DNA from: Candidatus Delongbacteria bacterium
GTDB lineage: Bacteria > CAIWAD01
DNA length: 64,000 bases
Direction: 5' to 3'
Assembly: GCA_041675285.1 (NCBI GenBank)
Contig: JBAYTZ010000007.1
Location: 1,480 to 65,479 of the forward strand
Each line of letters starts with the position of its first letter. Position 1 is the stretch's first letter. This document shows positions 29,101 through 36,595 of the stretch, in pieces. Below the pieces are notes generated by a model. It saw nothing but the letters and a program-made list of their open reading frames with translations, was not told the origin of the DNA and made no database searches. Both the position numbers and the translations under genes were made by a program.

Positions 29101-29790
29101 CAGCAGCTCATCGAAACCGCGGTGCTCGCTGCCCGTGTCGAGGTACTCGCTCCAGTGCTGTTCGTGGGAATCGGCCTCGTCGCCCCAGAGCACGTCGGTC
29201 CAGGTGAGGCCCTGGTTGCCGTGGTGGACGAAAGCCACGTGATGATCGCTGCGCTCGCCCTCCCGGGCGGATTCCAGTTCGTCGGCCAGCGGCGCGCCGG
29301 CTCCGGCACGGGTGGCCAGGCTCAGTCCGGTGCCGGATTCCAGCAGGCGGCTCCAGAGGGTCCACTCCGCCGGCAGCCAGAGCTCCAGCACGGCCGCGCC
29401 GCGCTCCCGGCGAATCTCCGGGCGCACGCTGGCGAGGGTTTTCCAGATGCCAGCCGTCGACATCTGCCAGCTCAGACGCTCCCGTCCCTCCAGCACCAGC
29501 CGCTGACCGTCCGGGGCTTTCACTTCCAACCGGCCGTCTCCCCAGGGTGCCAGGCTGCCCAGCCGCAGCACGCCACGGCCCTCCCGCACGCCGGCGCAGG
29601 CCAGGCTGAGGTCGAGTGCCGGGGACATGCCGCCCTCGGCGGGATCCAGGGCCAGCAGCCGCAGTCCGGGGGTGAATCCCGCGGGCGGAGAGGCGGGGGC
29701 GGCCGGGGCACCGAGGGGCGCCAGGCAGAGTCCCGCCAGGGCCAGGGCCGGGGCGGTGAGCAGAGACAACTGGAATGGGCGCAGGAGCAT
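26113..29790 (-). CDS. Large secreted GH57-like alpha-glucan-active glycoside hydrolase with C-terminal FN3-like domain
   Basis: Signal peptide. N-terminal catalytic region with GH57-like conserved blocks (FVHHGNQ, NFHVSGPLQ, AWVPERVW, LLDQEEH). ATGA overlap with the downstream CBM20 gene. C-terminus LKLDWEPVAGALSYRIYAL...FFVVRAGN. Confidence 0.5.
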   Translation of the reverse strand: MLLRPFQLSLLTAPALALAGLCLAPLGAPAAPASPPAGFTPGLRLLALDPAEGGMSPALDLSLACAGVREGRGVLRLGSLAPWGDGRLEVKAPDGQRLVLEGRERLSWQMSTAGIWKTLASVRPEIRRERGAAVLELWLPAEWTLWSRLLESGTGLSLATRAGAGAPLADELESAREGERSDHHVAFVHHGNQGLTWTDVLWGDEADSHEQHWSEYLDTGSEHRGFDELLGLHDVLDVPGNFHVSGPLQSAAQWYYPDGTVEGWNDWLARGVTEGWAGMLTSAYAQHIMPFVQDSMNDWAVHTHSQMTAWRYGYTPHVAWVPERVWVSPEDNDGNPWNTAAHVLDWIGDDWLPHGVYGVLLDQEEHCDYQNNWANDRHIYTIPVPGQGDLNVIPINGSFTGNCHHDAGAAWNMILGTSPDELLVYGTDWEVAAEVAGFAGQFPSALNNMIWLVQQIAASGGSVESMKLDAALGGFGGGAINLQNGTYGLLGGRGGYGSDWLSPGTANSWYGHFAGAPAHSDQHVPQWNYGQAWNDAWSWLMGNPDNKLSTLAWYVLMTNVYETGWHDGGEISGWIHRYSSHIKNARVYAEAGRWWGGQAWQGTGAQLADVDADGVEELVLHSDRVLAVFEPAGGRAPWIFAKDSTDAASLVGSCSAYWVDTEGDFNDGSSNNHVAAFSDVSPLLENDPYALSVDSVGVGFARVRLSHASGLVKTFSLRAGEPFITCDYDTPSETLVKSGFTPDYLDLLWNGSTTRLWDPGAAWPQSDWLGQRNTTTGWTAALVLGNGGAQHAGDFQGTLVKGDEIKGDGRFRFLFYAGRSTAPDAQGQVPELVSLALTDLDVKGPELADSAPWLAPDLAVLDFSEAVDEASAENPAHWSLSGFPGGVSILSAERQAWTRRVHLRLAGLSGGVGGSITATGVTDLAGNLVDPAHDTALFAVPNGLTPHTPLVDGAQDFIRATELLENRADSLFLTWDAQALYLAFRGRNLATGDFFVHLDTDGVAGSGAPRDSWSRIGFSSARRPEYSVAVEGGGNSMQINHWTGAAWTYMAFGSHSGSSYEGWSGNLLTELRIPWSELGNPTQLALCAGFTQEASQVTVLAWPQANPVGTNVTYGNWFTFTQPPMDGPMPRMGVAPNNPVPTAPAAPLVSVTLLADGTLKLDWEPVAGALSYRIYALAAPWDEPGPTPLAETPASEFILPPSGTSGFFVVRAGNTQSQPNSRGLR

Positions 29791-30002
29791 GGGGGGCTGC
29801 CTTTCTGGGTTCCTTCAGCCTACGCTGTAGAGCAAAAATAGCGCCAGCCCGATCCAGCTGTTGATCCTTTGATATTCAACGTGATGCAATGGAAGCAAAC
29901 CCGTACTGATTCCACCGGGTTGCCCATCCCGCCGGAAATTGGACAGGCTGCCGGGCTTCAGGACTGGCCTCCAGAGGCAAGGCGGAGGTCCCGACGCTGG
30001 AA

Positions 30003-30977
30003 TCAGCGGGTGGAGCGGGCCGCCGGGCGGAACAATTCCAGCCAGCCGGCGAGCAGTCCCGCCGCCAGGGCCAGTCCGGGTCGATGGGCCGCCAGGGCCA
30101 ATAGCAGGGCGGCCGCGCAGCACCAGAGCGGGAGAGGGCCCAGCGGTCGGGGCTGCGCGTCGGGCAGCGGGCGCCGGTGCCAGAGCAGCGTAAGCACCAG
30201 CAACTCGGCGCCGGCCAGCAGCGGCAGGACGCCCGGCCAGAAGACCATGGGTTCCAGCACGAGGGCGGGCAGGCGGTGGACGTGGACCAGCCAGGTCAGG
30301 TCGAGGGCCCAGGCCAGCCCGCAGCCGGCCACCACGGCCTGTCCCAGCCACGCCGGGTGTTCGAGCAGCCGGGCGGAGAGGGCCGGGCGTCCGAAGCGGC
30401 GCCAGAGCACGGCCAGCATCAGCACGAGCAGCCCGGGGACGGCCTCCCTGCCCAGCGGGTAGGGATGGCGGTCCAGGCCCAGCCAGCCGGGATTCAACAC
30501 CGGGGCGCTGAGGGCCAGGAAGCTCAGGCTGCGCGAGGCCGGCAGCCAGGCGGGCGCGCCGGACCAGTCCCGCTCCACCCGTCCGCGCACCCAGCGCAGG
30601 GCGGCCGCCAGCACCAGGGACGCGCACACCAGCAGGGCGGCCAGAATCCCCAGCCAGAGCGCGAGGAACAGCCGCTCAGGGTCGCTCGCGCCGAGGGCCA
30701 GCCACCCGGCCGTGCCCGCAGAGCCCAGCGCGCCGGTCAGGCAGGCCCAGGCCCAGCCCTTGAGGTGCCGCCGCAGGGTCAGGCCCCGCCAGGGGACCAG
30801 CCGACAGCCCTGCCAGAGCAGCAGGAAGATGGCGAGCAGGCCCCAGAGGTCGGGGTGGCCCCGGTCGCCCAGCGGCCCGGCCACGCACACGATCCAGCCC
30901 AGCAGCAGGAACAGGGCGAAGGAGTGCCCGCGGTCGCCGCTGGAGTTCTGGCCCTGGCTGGTGGCGGCGGTGGTCAT
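30003..30977 (-). CDS. Polytopic membrane protein of unknown function, co-oriented with the upstream ABC permease genes
   Basis: AGGAGA RBS before the ATG at 30977. Seven or more hydrophobic segments. The upstream part of ORF 30003..31322 is not supported. Confidence 0.45.
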   Translation of the reverse strand: MTTAATSQGQNSSGDRGHSFALFLLLGWIVCVAGPLGDRGHPDLWGLLAIFLLLWQGCRLVPWRGLTLRRHLKGWAWACLTGALGSAGTAGWLALGASDPERLFLALWLGILAALLVCASLVLAAALRWVRGRVERDWSGAPAWLPASRSLSFLALSAPVLNPGWLGLDRHPYPLGREAVPGLLVLMLAVLWRRFGRPALSARLLEHPAWLGQAVVAGCGLAWALDLTWLVHVHRLPALVLEPMVFWPGVLPLLAGAELLVLTLLWHRRPLPDAQPRPLGPLPLWCCAAALLLALAAHRPGLALAAGLLAGWLELFRPAARSTR

Positions 30978-31132
30978 GCGCGGGTCTCCTGTGGTGTCAC
31001 ACGAAGGCTGTGGTCTGGGGGGATGCCGGGAGCAAGGTATCGAAGGGCCGAGGGTTTGGCGCGGTTTCGTGAGCACGCGCAACGGGAAGAGCCGGCGCGG
31101 GGCCGGCTCTTCGACTGTGTCACGGGTTCGGG

Positions 31133-32215
31133 TCAGGCTTCTTCGCGCCAGCGCAGCAGCCAGGTGGAGGCGTAGAGCAGCGCCAGGCCCACCAGCACGC
31201 CGCCGGCCAGGTCCGGCCACGAGACGACTGATTCCTCCGCCAGTTGCATGGCCTCCACGTAGACGTCGCCCTGCGGCCCGCGGAAGGACCAGCCCGGCGG
31301 GACGATGTGGCGGGTGATCCACTGGGCCAGTTCACCACCCGTCAGGTAGAGCCGGTCCAGCATGGCCAGGCCCGCCACGGCCACCAGCGCCGCGAAGCGC
31401 CGGGAGGAGTGCCAGGTGTTGAGCGCGTAGCAGAAGCCCAGCGCGGGCAGGAAGAGCAGGAAGTCCAGCAGCAGCTCGCGGGCCATCTGTCCCCAGATCT
31501 GCGCCAGCGGGGCCGGCTGCCAGAGCAGCGGGACGGGGTTCATCCCGTGGACCAGGGCGGCGCCGGACAGCACCAGCAGCGGAATCAGCTGGGCCGCCGC
31601 GGCCGTGGCGAGCATCAGGACCAGCAGGAGCGGCCCGTTCACCAGGGCCTTGGCCAGCACGGCCTCGCCTTCGGTGAGCGGCATGGACTTGAAGAAGTAG
31701 ATGCTGCGGTTGGCCGCCTCCTGACGGAACATGTTCAGGGTCAGGAGGGCCGCCATGAAGCCCAGCGGCAGCAGCGTGAACTTGCCGATGACCAGCAGGA
31801 CCAGCAGCAGCATGTGCGAGCGCACCTGCACGGGCAGACGCCCGAAGAAGTCCAGTAGGTTGGCCACGGTGACGTCGCCCAGTTCCACCACGATCCCGCT
31901 GTCGCCCAGTCCCGGGATCAGGCGGGCCAGGTTGCTGTGGGAGCCGTGGAAGCTAAGGCTGTCGCGCCATTCGGTGGGCGGCTCGCTGTCCGAGCCGTTG
32001 AAGTGGATGGTGGACTGGTTGGAGCGCAGGTTGGCGTCGATGCGTCCCGGCAGCACCAGGGCCAGCAGGCTGCCCGCCAGCACCAGGCTGGTCAGGATCA
32101 GCGGCAGCATCCAGATGGGCCGGTGCTCCCAGAGTTCGCGGCGCATCAGCATGCCCAGGCGCCGCAACTTGCCGCGGAAGTGCGGATTGACGGGGGTGTC
32201 GGTTTGAGCCGTCAT
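31133..32215 (-). CDS. ABC-2 family transporter permease
   Basis: AAGGGAG RBS. Paralogous to the next gene (shared RRELWEHR, FFKSMP/FFQSMP and DRLYLTGG motifs). Six-TM ABC-2-type topology. Confidence 0.55.
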   Translation of the reverse strand: MTAQTDTPVNPHFRGKLRRLGMLMRRELWEHRPIWMLPLILTSLVLAGSLLALVLPGRIDANLRSNQSTIHFNGSDSEPPTEWRDSLSFHGSHSNLARLIPGLGDSGIVVELGDVTVANLLDFFGRLPVQVRSHMLLLVLLVIGKFTLLPLGFMAALLTLNMFRQEAANRSIYFFKSMPLTEGEAVLAKALVNGPLLLVLMLATAAAAQLIPLLVLSGAALVHGMNPVPLLWQPAPLAQIWGQMARELLLDFLLFLPALGFCYALNTWHSSRRFAALVAVAGLAMLDRLYLTGGELAQWITRHIVPPGWSFRGPQGDVYVEAMQLAEESVVSWPDLAGGVLVGLALLYASTWLLRWREEA

Positions 32216-32245
32216 GAGTCATCTCCCTTCGGTCGCGCGAACGGT

Positions 32246-33292
32246 TCAGCGCTCTTCGCGCCAGTGCAGGACCTTGACCGCGGCCGCCATCATCAGCAGG
32301 CCGAGGAGCACGCCGCTCCACAAATCCAGCGGACCTCCTCTACCCGCCGGCGCGCCCAACCAGGCGGACGTGGACTCCAGTCCGCGCCAGCTCCAGGAGA
32401 ACCCGACGGGCAGCAGGTGATGGAGCAGCCAGGCCATGAGCCCGCCCCCTGTCAGGTAGAGGCGGTCCACCATGACGGCGGCGAACAGGCCTGCGCCAAT
32501 CCACATGCCGTTGCGCTGGCCCCGCCGGGCGTTGACACCCAGGCTGCCCAGCAGCAGGGTCCAGCCGATGCCCGGCAGGTACCACAGGGTGTCCACGACC
32601 ATCTGCGCGGCCAGCACGGACCAGCCCGCCGGGAACTGGGCGGGGCGCCAGAACAGGTCGAGGGCGGAGTGGCCGTGGGCCCAGGCCGCCGCGCTGAACA
32701 CCAGCAGCCAGACCAGTTGGGACAGTACGATGGTGAGCCAGAGCAGGGCCAGGCCCAGTGGCACGGCGGTGAGCAGTTTGGCGCCCAGGTACTCCCACGG
32801 TCCCAGCGGCATGGATTGAAAGAACAGGCTGCTGCGGGTCTGCTGCTCCCGGCTCTGCATGCGCCCCAACAGGATGAGGAGCAGAAAGCCGCCGATGGCC
32901 AGGGTCACCCGGGCGTGGCCCATGGACACCTCGCGCAGGAACTCCCCGCGCTCGGCCACCGGCGTGTGGGACGCCACCATCAGCAGGCCGGAGAGGTTCA
33001 TCGTCTCCCAGTCCACGCGGCGTGTCACGGTGGTTGGCGCGGGCTTGCGCCCAGGGTCGGAGGAGTCCTCGAAAAGGTCTCCGTCGCTCGCCTGGACGAA
33101 CTCGATGTTGCCGTGCAGGTGCTGGGGCAGCACCAGCGCCGCCAGCGCCAGACCCAGGTGCAGGAGGCCGATCACCACGGGCACCCAGAGCAGCTCCCGA
33201 TGCTCCCACAGTTCGCGCCGCACCAGGATGGCCAGGCGCCGCCAGCCGCCCTGATACTCGGGGTTGGCGGTGGCGACGGGGACTGCGCTCAT
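32246..33292 (-). CDS. ABC-2 family transporter permease (paralog)
   Basis: ATGA overlap with the ATPase gene. Same motif set as 31133..32215. Confidence 0.55.
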   Translation of the reverse strand: MSAVPVATANPEYQGGWRRLAILVRRELWEHRELLWVPVVIGLLHLGLALAALVLPQHLHGNIEFVQASDGDLFEDSSDPGRKPAPTTVTRRVDWETMNLSGLLMVASHTPVAERGEFLREVSMGHARVTLAIGGFLLLILLGRMQSREQQTRSSLFFQSMPLGPWEYLGAKLLTAVPLGLALLWLTIVLSQLVWLLVFSAAAWAHGHSALDLFWRPAQFPAGWSVLAAQMVVDTLWYLPGIGWTLLLGSLGVNARRGQRNGMWIGAGLFAAVMVDRLYLTGGGLMAWLLHHLLPVGFSWSWRGLESTSAWLGAPAGRGGPLDLWSGVLLGLLMMAAAVKVLHWREER

Positions 33293-34149
33293 GCCGCGCC
33301 TCCCTCGCCCATCAGGCCGACGAACAGGTCCGCCACCCCGGGGGTGCGCAACTCGCCCAGGGGCGCCAGTCGCTCCCGTGACACACCGTCGTAGAGGAAC
33401 ACGTGGCGGCCCAGCAGCGACTCCTCCCGCAGCGGCGCAAGCTCCCGCGCCGCCGCGGCGCTGTCCGGCCCGCACACCAGCTGGGCGAAGCGTCCGGGCA
33501 CCTCGTCCATGGGCAGGTTCAGCACGATGCGCCCCTGGCGGATGAACAGCAGGTCCGTGAGGATGTGCTCCACCTCCTCCACCTGGTGCGTGGAGATGAG
33601 GATGGTGCGCTCCTCGTCGAAGAAGTCCGTCACCAGACTGCTGTGGAAGGCCTTGCGGTAGAGGATGTCGAGCCCCAGCGTGGGCTCGTCCAGCACCAGC
33701 AGCCGCGCGTCGATGGCCATCACCAGCGCCAGGTGCAGCTGGGTCTTCATGCCCTTGGAGAGCCGCGCCACCTTGAAATCGGGCTTGAGCTCGGTCTTGG
33801 CCAGGAAGGCCTCGGCCTTCTCACGGCGGAAGCGCGGATGGACCTGCGAGCAGTACTCCAGCAGCTGGTGAACACGGATCCAGTCGGGCAGCGTGGCCAC
33901 GTCCGCGATGTAGGAGACCTGCTCCAACATGGCGGCGCGTTCGCGGTGCGGGTCGAGGCCCAGCACGGTCAGCTCGCCGTCGAAGCGCAGCAGACCGAGG
34001 ATGCTCTTCAGCAGGGTGGACTTGCCGGCGCCGTTGGGACCGATCAGGCCCACGATGCGACCGGCCGGGATGCTCAGGTTCAGGTCCGTCAGGGCCTGGA
34101 CGCGCCCGTAGCGCTTGCCCAGGCCGGCGGCGTGGATCAGCTCAGGCAT
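33289..34149 (-). CDS. ABC transporter ATP-binding protein
   Basis: Walker A GPNGAGKST; signature LSKGMKTQ; Walker B LLVLDEPT; H-loop STHQ. Confidence 0.8.
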   Translation of the reverse strand: MPELIHAAGLGKRYGRVQALTDLNLSIPAGRIVGLIGPNGAGKSTLLKSILGLLRFDGELTVLGLDPHRERAAMLEQVSYIADVATLPDWIRVHQLLEYCSQVHPRFRREKAEAFLAKTELKPDFKVARLSKGMKTQLHLALVMAIDARLLVLDEPTLGLDILYRKAFHSSLVTDFFDEERTILISTHQVEEVEHILTDLLFIRQGRIVLNLPMDEVPGRFAQLVCGPDSAAAARELAPLREESLLGRHVFLYDGVSRERLAPLGELRTPGVADLFVGLMGEGGAA

Positions 34150-34540
34150 GTCGTGCGCCCTCCCCTTGGCCGACAGCCGGCGCGGCAGGCGCCGCGGCGG
34201 CCAGCAGCTCGCCCGTGCTCAATCCCAGGGCCTGGATCCGTTGCCGGATGCGCGGCCACTCCACCTCCAGGAACTGCTTGCGCTCCTGCGCCAGCAGCCG
34301 CTCGCGGGCTCCCGCCTGGATGAACATGCCCAGTCCCCTCCGTTTTTCCAGCACGCCCTCGTCCGCGAGGAGCTGGTAGGCCTTCATGACCGTGATCGGG
34401 TTGACGGCGTATTCGGCCGCCACCTGGCGGACCGAGGGCAGCTGCTCCTCGGTTTTGAGCGCGTCCCCCAGCACCATCCGCACGATCAGGTCGCGGATCT
34501 GCAGGAAGATGGGGTCCCGCTCGTTCCAGTGTTGTTGCAT
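34142..34540 (-). CDS. GntR-family transcriptional regulator (YtrA-like short form)
   Basis: Winged-HTH region LPSVRQVAAEYAVNPITVMKAYQLL. 132 aa. 8-nt overlap with the ABC ATPase gene. The GntR / ABC / ABC-2 permease arrangement is classic. Confidence 0.75.
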   Translation of the reverse strand: MQQHWNERDPIFLQIRDLIVRMVLGDALKTEEQLPSVRQVAAEYAVNPITVMKAYQLLADEGVLEKRRGLGMFIQAGARERLLAQERKQFLEVEWPRIRQRIQALGLSTGELLAAAAPAAPAVGQGEGARHA

Positions 34541-34556
34541 GGCCTCACCATTGATT

Positions 34557-34577
34557 TGGTGTTGTATCAGACTACAC
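34557..34577. promoter_or_regulatory. Palindromic candidate GntR operator GGTGTtGTAtcagACtACACC immediately upstream of the GntR gene
   Basis: Dyad symmetry with GT...AC cores typical of GntR-family operators. Located 17-37 bp upstream of the regulator's start codon in an AT-richer stretch. Confidence 0.35.
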
Positions 34578-34736
34578 CACTAAACCACGCAAACACCCAG
34601 GAGAGAGTCAAGCCCCTGGAGCAAGTTTTTTCCACTGCATGAAGTTTCAATCCGGGGCCGCTCTCCGCCGGGCCTGTCGTTCTGGCTGGACGGGGAAACA
34701 GCAGGCGGGGCGGTTATCCACGGATTGACGACATGC

Positions 34737-34923
34737 GGTGCCAGGCCGGTGCCAGGCCGGTGCCAGGTCGGTGCCAGGCCGGTGCCAGGTGGGTGCCAGG
34801 TCGGTGCCAGGTCGGTGCCAAGTGGGTGCCAGGTGGGTGCCAGGTGGGTGCCAGGTGGGTGCCAGGTGGGTGCCTGGTGGGTGCCAGGTCGGTGCCAGGT
34901 CGGTGCCAGGTCGGTGCCTGGCG
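34737..34923. repeat. Tandem array of 17 copies of an 11-bp unit GGTGCCAGG(C/T)(C/G/T)
   Basis: CCAGG recurs with strict 11-bp period from 34737 to 34923. It lies between the stop of the YiiX-like gene (34931) and the GntR operon promoter. The unit length of 11 is not divisible by 3. Confidence 0.85.
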
Positions 34924-34930
34924 CGCTTCG

Positions 34931-35551
34931 TCAGAATCGGGCCACCAGCTCCAGCTCGGGGCTGTCGAACATGTCGCCGGGGGAGATCACGGTTTCCTCC
35001 AGGGGCAGGGAGGCGCCGTAGCGCTCGCGCAGTTTGGCCTGCACGGGCGGGGAGGTGAGGTCGAAGTCGCGCAGCTTCTGCAGTCGGCCGATGCGCACGC
35101 CGGCGCCGCGCTCGTAGATCTTCCAGACCAGTTCCAAGCAATAGATGCGCTCGTCGGACCAGGCGAAAGCCAGATCGTAGGGCCGGCCCTCCAGCGCGCG
35201 CGCCACTTCCCACATGCGCTCCCGCGCCTCGGGCGTCAAGCGCCGGTCGGCGTGGCGCAGGCGTTTGACCACGAAGTGTCCGTCCCGGCCGCGGGCGGCG
35301 AACTCCTCGAGGGGCGTGGCCTGGACGGACTCCGCCGCCTCCAGGACGAAGGGCTGGCCGTCCCGGTGGAAGATCAGCCCCTCGTGGCTGTAGCGCGAGC
35401 CCGTGGCCGCCTGGATGGCGCGACTCTGGCCGGAGAGGGAGATCTGGAAGATGAGGTCGCCGTCCTGGAGCGGACGATTGGCGGTCCGTCCGCACGAGAT
35501 CGCTCCGCAGAGGGCGAGCAGCAGCAGGAGTCGCCAGGTTCGCCGCGTCAT
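34931..35551 (-). CDS. YiiX/YebB-family permuted papain-like (NlpC/P60 superfamily) protein, putative lipoprotein
   Basis: Signal peptide with lipobox-like LLALCGAISCG. Motifs YSHEGLIF and ERIYCLELVWKIY as in the DUF830/YiiX family. Confidence 0.55.
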   Translation of the reverse strand: MTRRTWRLLLLLALCGAISCGRTANRPLQDGDLIFQISLSGQSRAIQAATGSRYSHEGLIFHRDGQPFVLEAAESVQATPLEEFAARGRDGHFVVKRLRHADRRLTPEARERMWEVARALEGRPYDLAFAWSDERIYCLELVWKIYERGAGVRIGRLQKLRDFDLTSPPVQAKLRERYGASLPLEETVISPGDMFDSPELELVARF

Positions 35552-35580
35552 GGAATTCCCCCGCGTGTCCTGATCCGACC

Positions 35581-36096
35581 TCAATAGACGTAGGGAATCA
35601 GCTTGCTCACCTGGCGCTGGTAGTGGGCGTACTCCGGGTACTTGGCGAGCAGCCAGGTCTCTTCGCGCCGGGATTTCAGGTCCAGGAAGAGGAAGAGCAG
35701 CAGCGTGTAGCCCAGGGTCAGCCAGCCCTGCACGCAGCAGGTCCAGCCCAGCGCGAGGATCAGCCCGCCGCTGTAGATGGGATGGCGCACCAACGCATAG
35801 GCGCCGGTGCGGACGAAACGCGCCGCGGGCCGGGGATAGGGCAGGGGCGTCAGGGCTGGTCCCAGCCGCAGCGCCGCCGCGAAGAGCAACAGTCCGCCGG
35901 CGGCCATCAACACGCAGCCCAGCGGCAGGAAGAGGCGCGCTTGGACCCAGTGCGGCCAACCAGGCAGGGTACGTGGGCCCAGGAAGACCAGGGCCATCAG
36001 CACGACCTGTCCCAGCACCCAGGCCTCGCCGCGACTGCCGCGCCACCACGGCTCCCGCGGGGCGGACGACCGGCGCGCGGAACGCGGGCGGCTCAC
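35581..36096 (-). CDS. Isoprenylcysteine carboxyl methyltransferase (ICMT/PEMT) family membrane methyltransferase; GTG start
   Basis: C-terminal motif FVRTGAYALVRHPIYSGGLILALGW...EE..L...Y..Y typical of the ICMT family. The GTG at 36096 overlaps the upstream stop (GTGA). Confidence 0.55.
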   Translation of the reverse strand: MSRPRSARRSSAPREPWWRGSRGEAWVLGQVVLMALVFLGPRTLPGWPHWVQARLFLPLGCVLMAAGGLLLFAAALRLGPALTPLPYPRPAARFVRTGAYALVRHPIYSGGLILALGWTCCVQGWLTLGYTLLLFLFLDLKSRREETWLLAKYPEYAHYQRQVSKLIPYVY

Positions 36097-36548
36097 GCCG
36101 GCACCGTGGCGCGGGGCGGCAACAGGTCCACCAGCAGTTCGGCCGCGATGCGGACAGCGGGCGCGCAACGGGTGGCGAACAGATCCTGGGCGCGGGCCTG
36201 CTCCAGCCCCGCGGGAGTGCGCACGTCGCAGCCCAGGATGTCCGGACAATCCAGCGCGCCCACGCGCTCCCGGAAGCGCCGCGTGAACTCGCCCGTCACC
36301 TCGGCCAGCCGGTTGCGGCCTTCCTTGGTGACACAATCCGGGCCGGCCAGGGCCAGCCCCAGCACCAGGAAGGCGCCGCTGGCCGCACCGCAGATTCCGC
36401 CCTGGCGCATGCCGCCGGCGAAGCCCGCCGCGAGCCGTTGGGCCGTCTCCAGCTCCAGGCCGTACTCTGGCGCGAAGGCCTCCAGCACGGCCTGGGAGCA
36501 GGCGTGGCCTGCCTGATGCGCCTGCAGGGCGCGCTCGATGGGATTCAT
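36093..36548 (-). CDS. C_GCAxxG_C_C family redox-active protein
   Basis: GGAGGA RBS. Cysteine pattern HACSQA...GICGAASGAF...DCPDILGC matches the C-GCAxxG-C-C family. Confidence 0.55.
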   Translation of the reverse strand: MNPIERALQAHQAGHACSQAVLEAFAPEYGLELETAQRLAAGFAGGMRQGGICGAASGAFLVLGLALAGPDCVTKEGRNRLAEVTGEFTRRFRERVGALDCPDILGCDVRTPAGLEQARAQDLFATRCAPAVRIAAELLVDLLPPRATVPA

Positions 36549-36595
36549 GGGGTCCTCCGGTTGCACGCAGGGTAACGCTTGGGCGCCGGACCGAT

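Noticed and set aside
34733-35058. ORFs translating the 11-bp repeat into Gly/Ala/Arg/Pro/Val periodic peptides on both strands
   Set aside because: The unit length of 11 is not a multiple of 3 and the array lies beyond the YiiX stop. Three-frame periodic translation is a by-product of the repeat.
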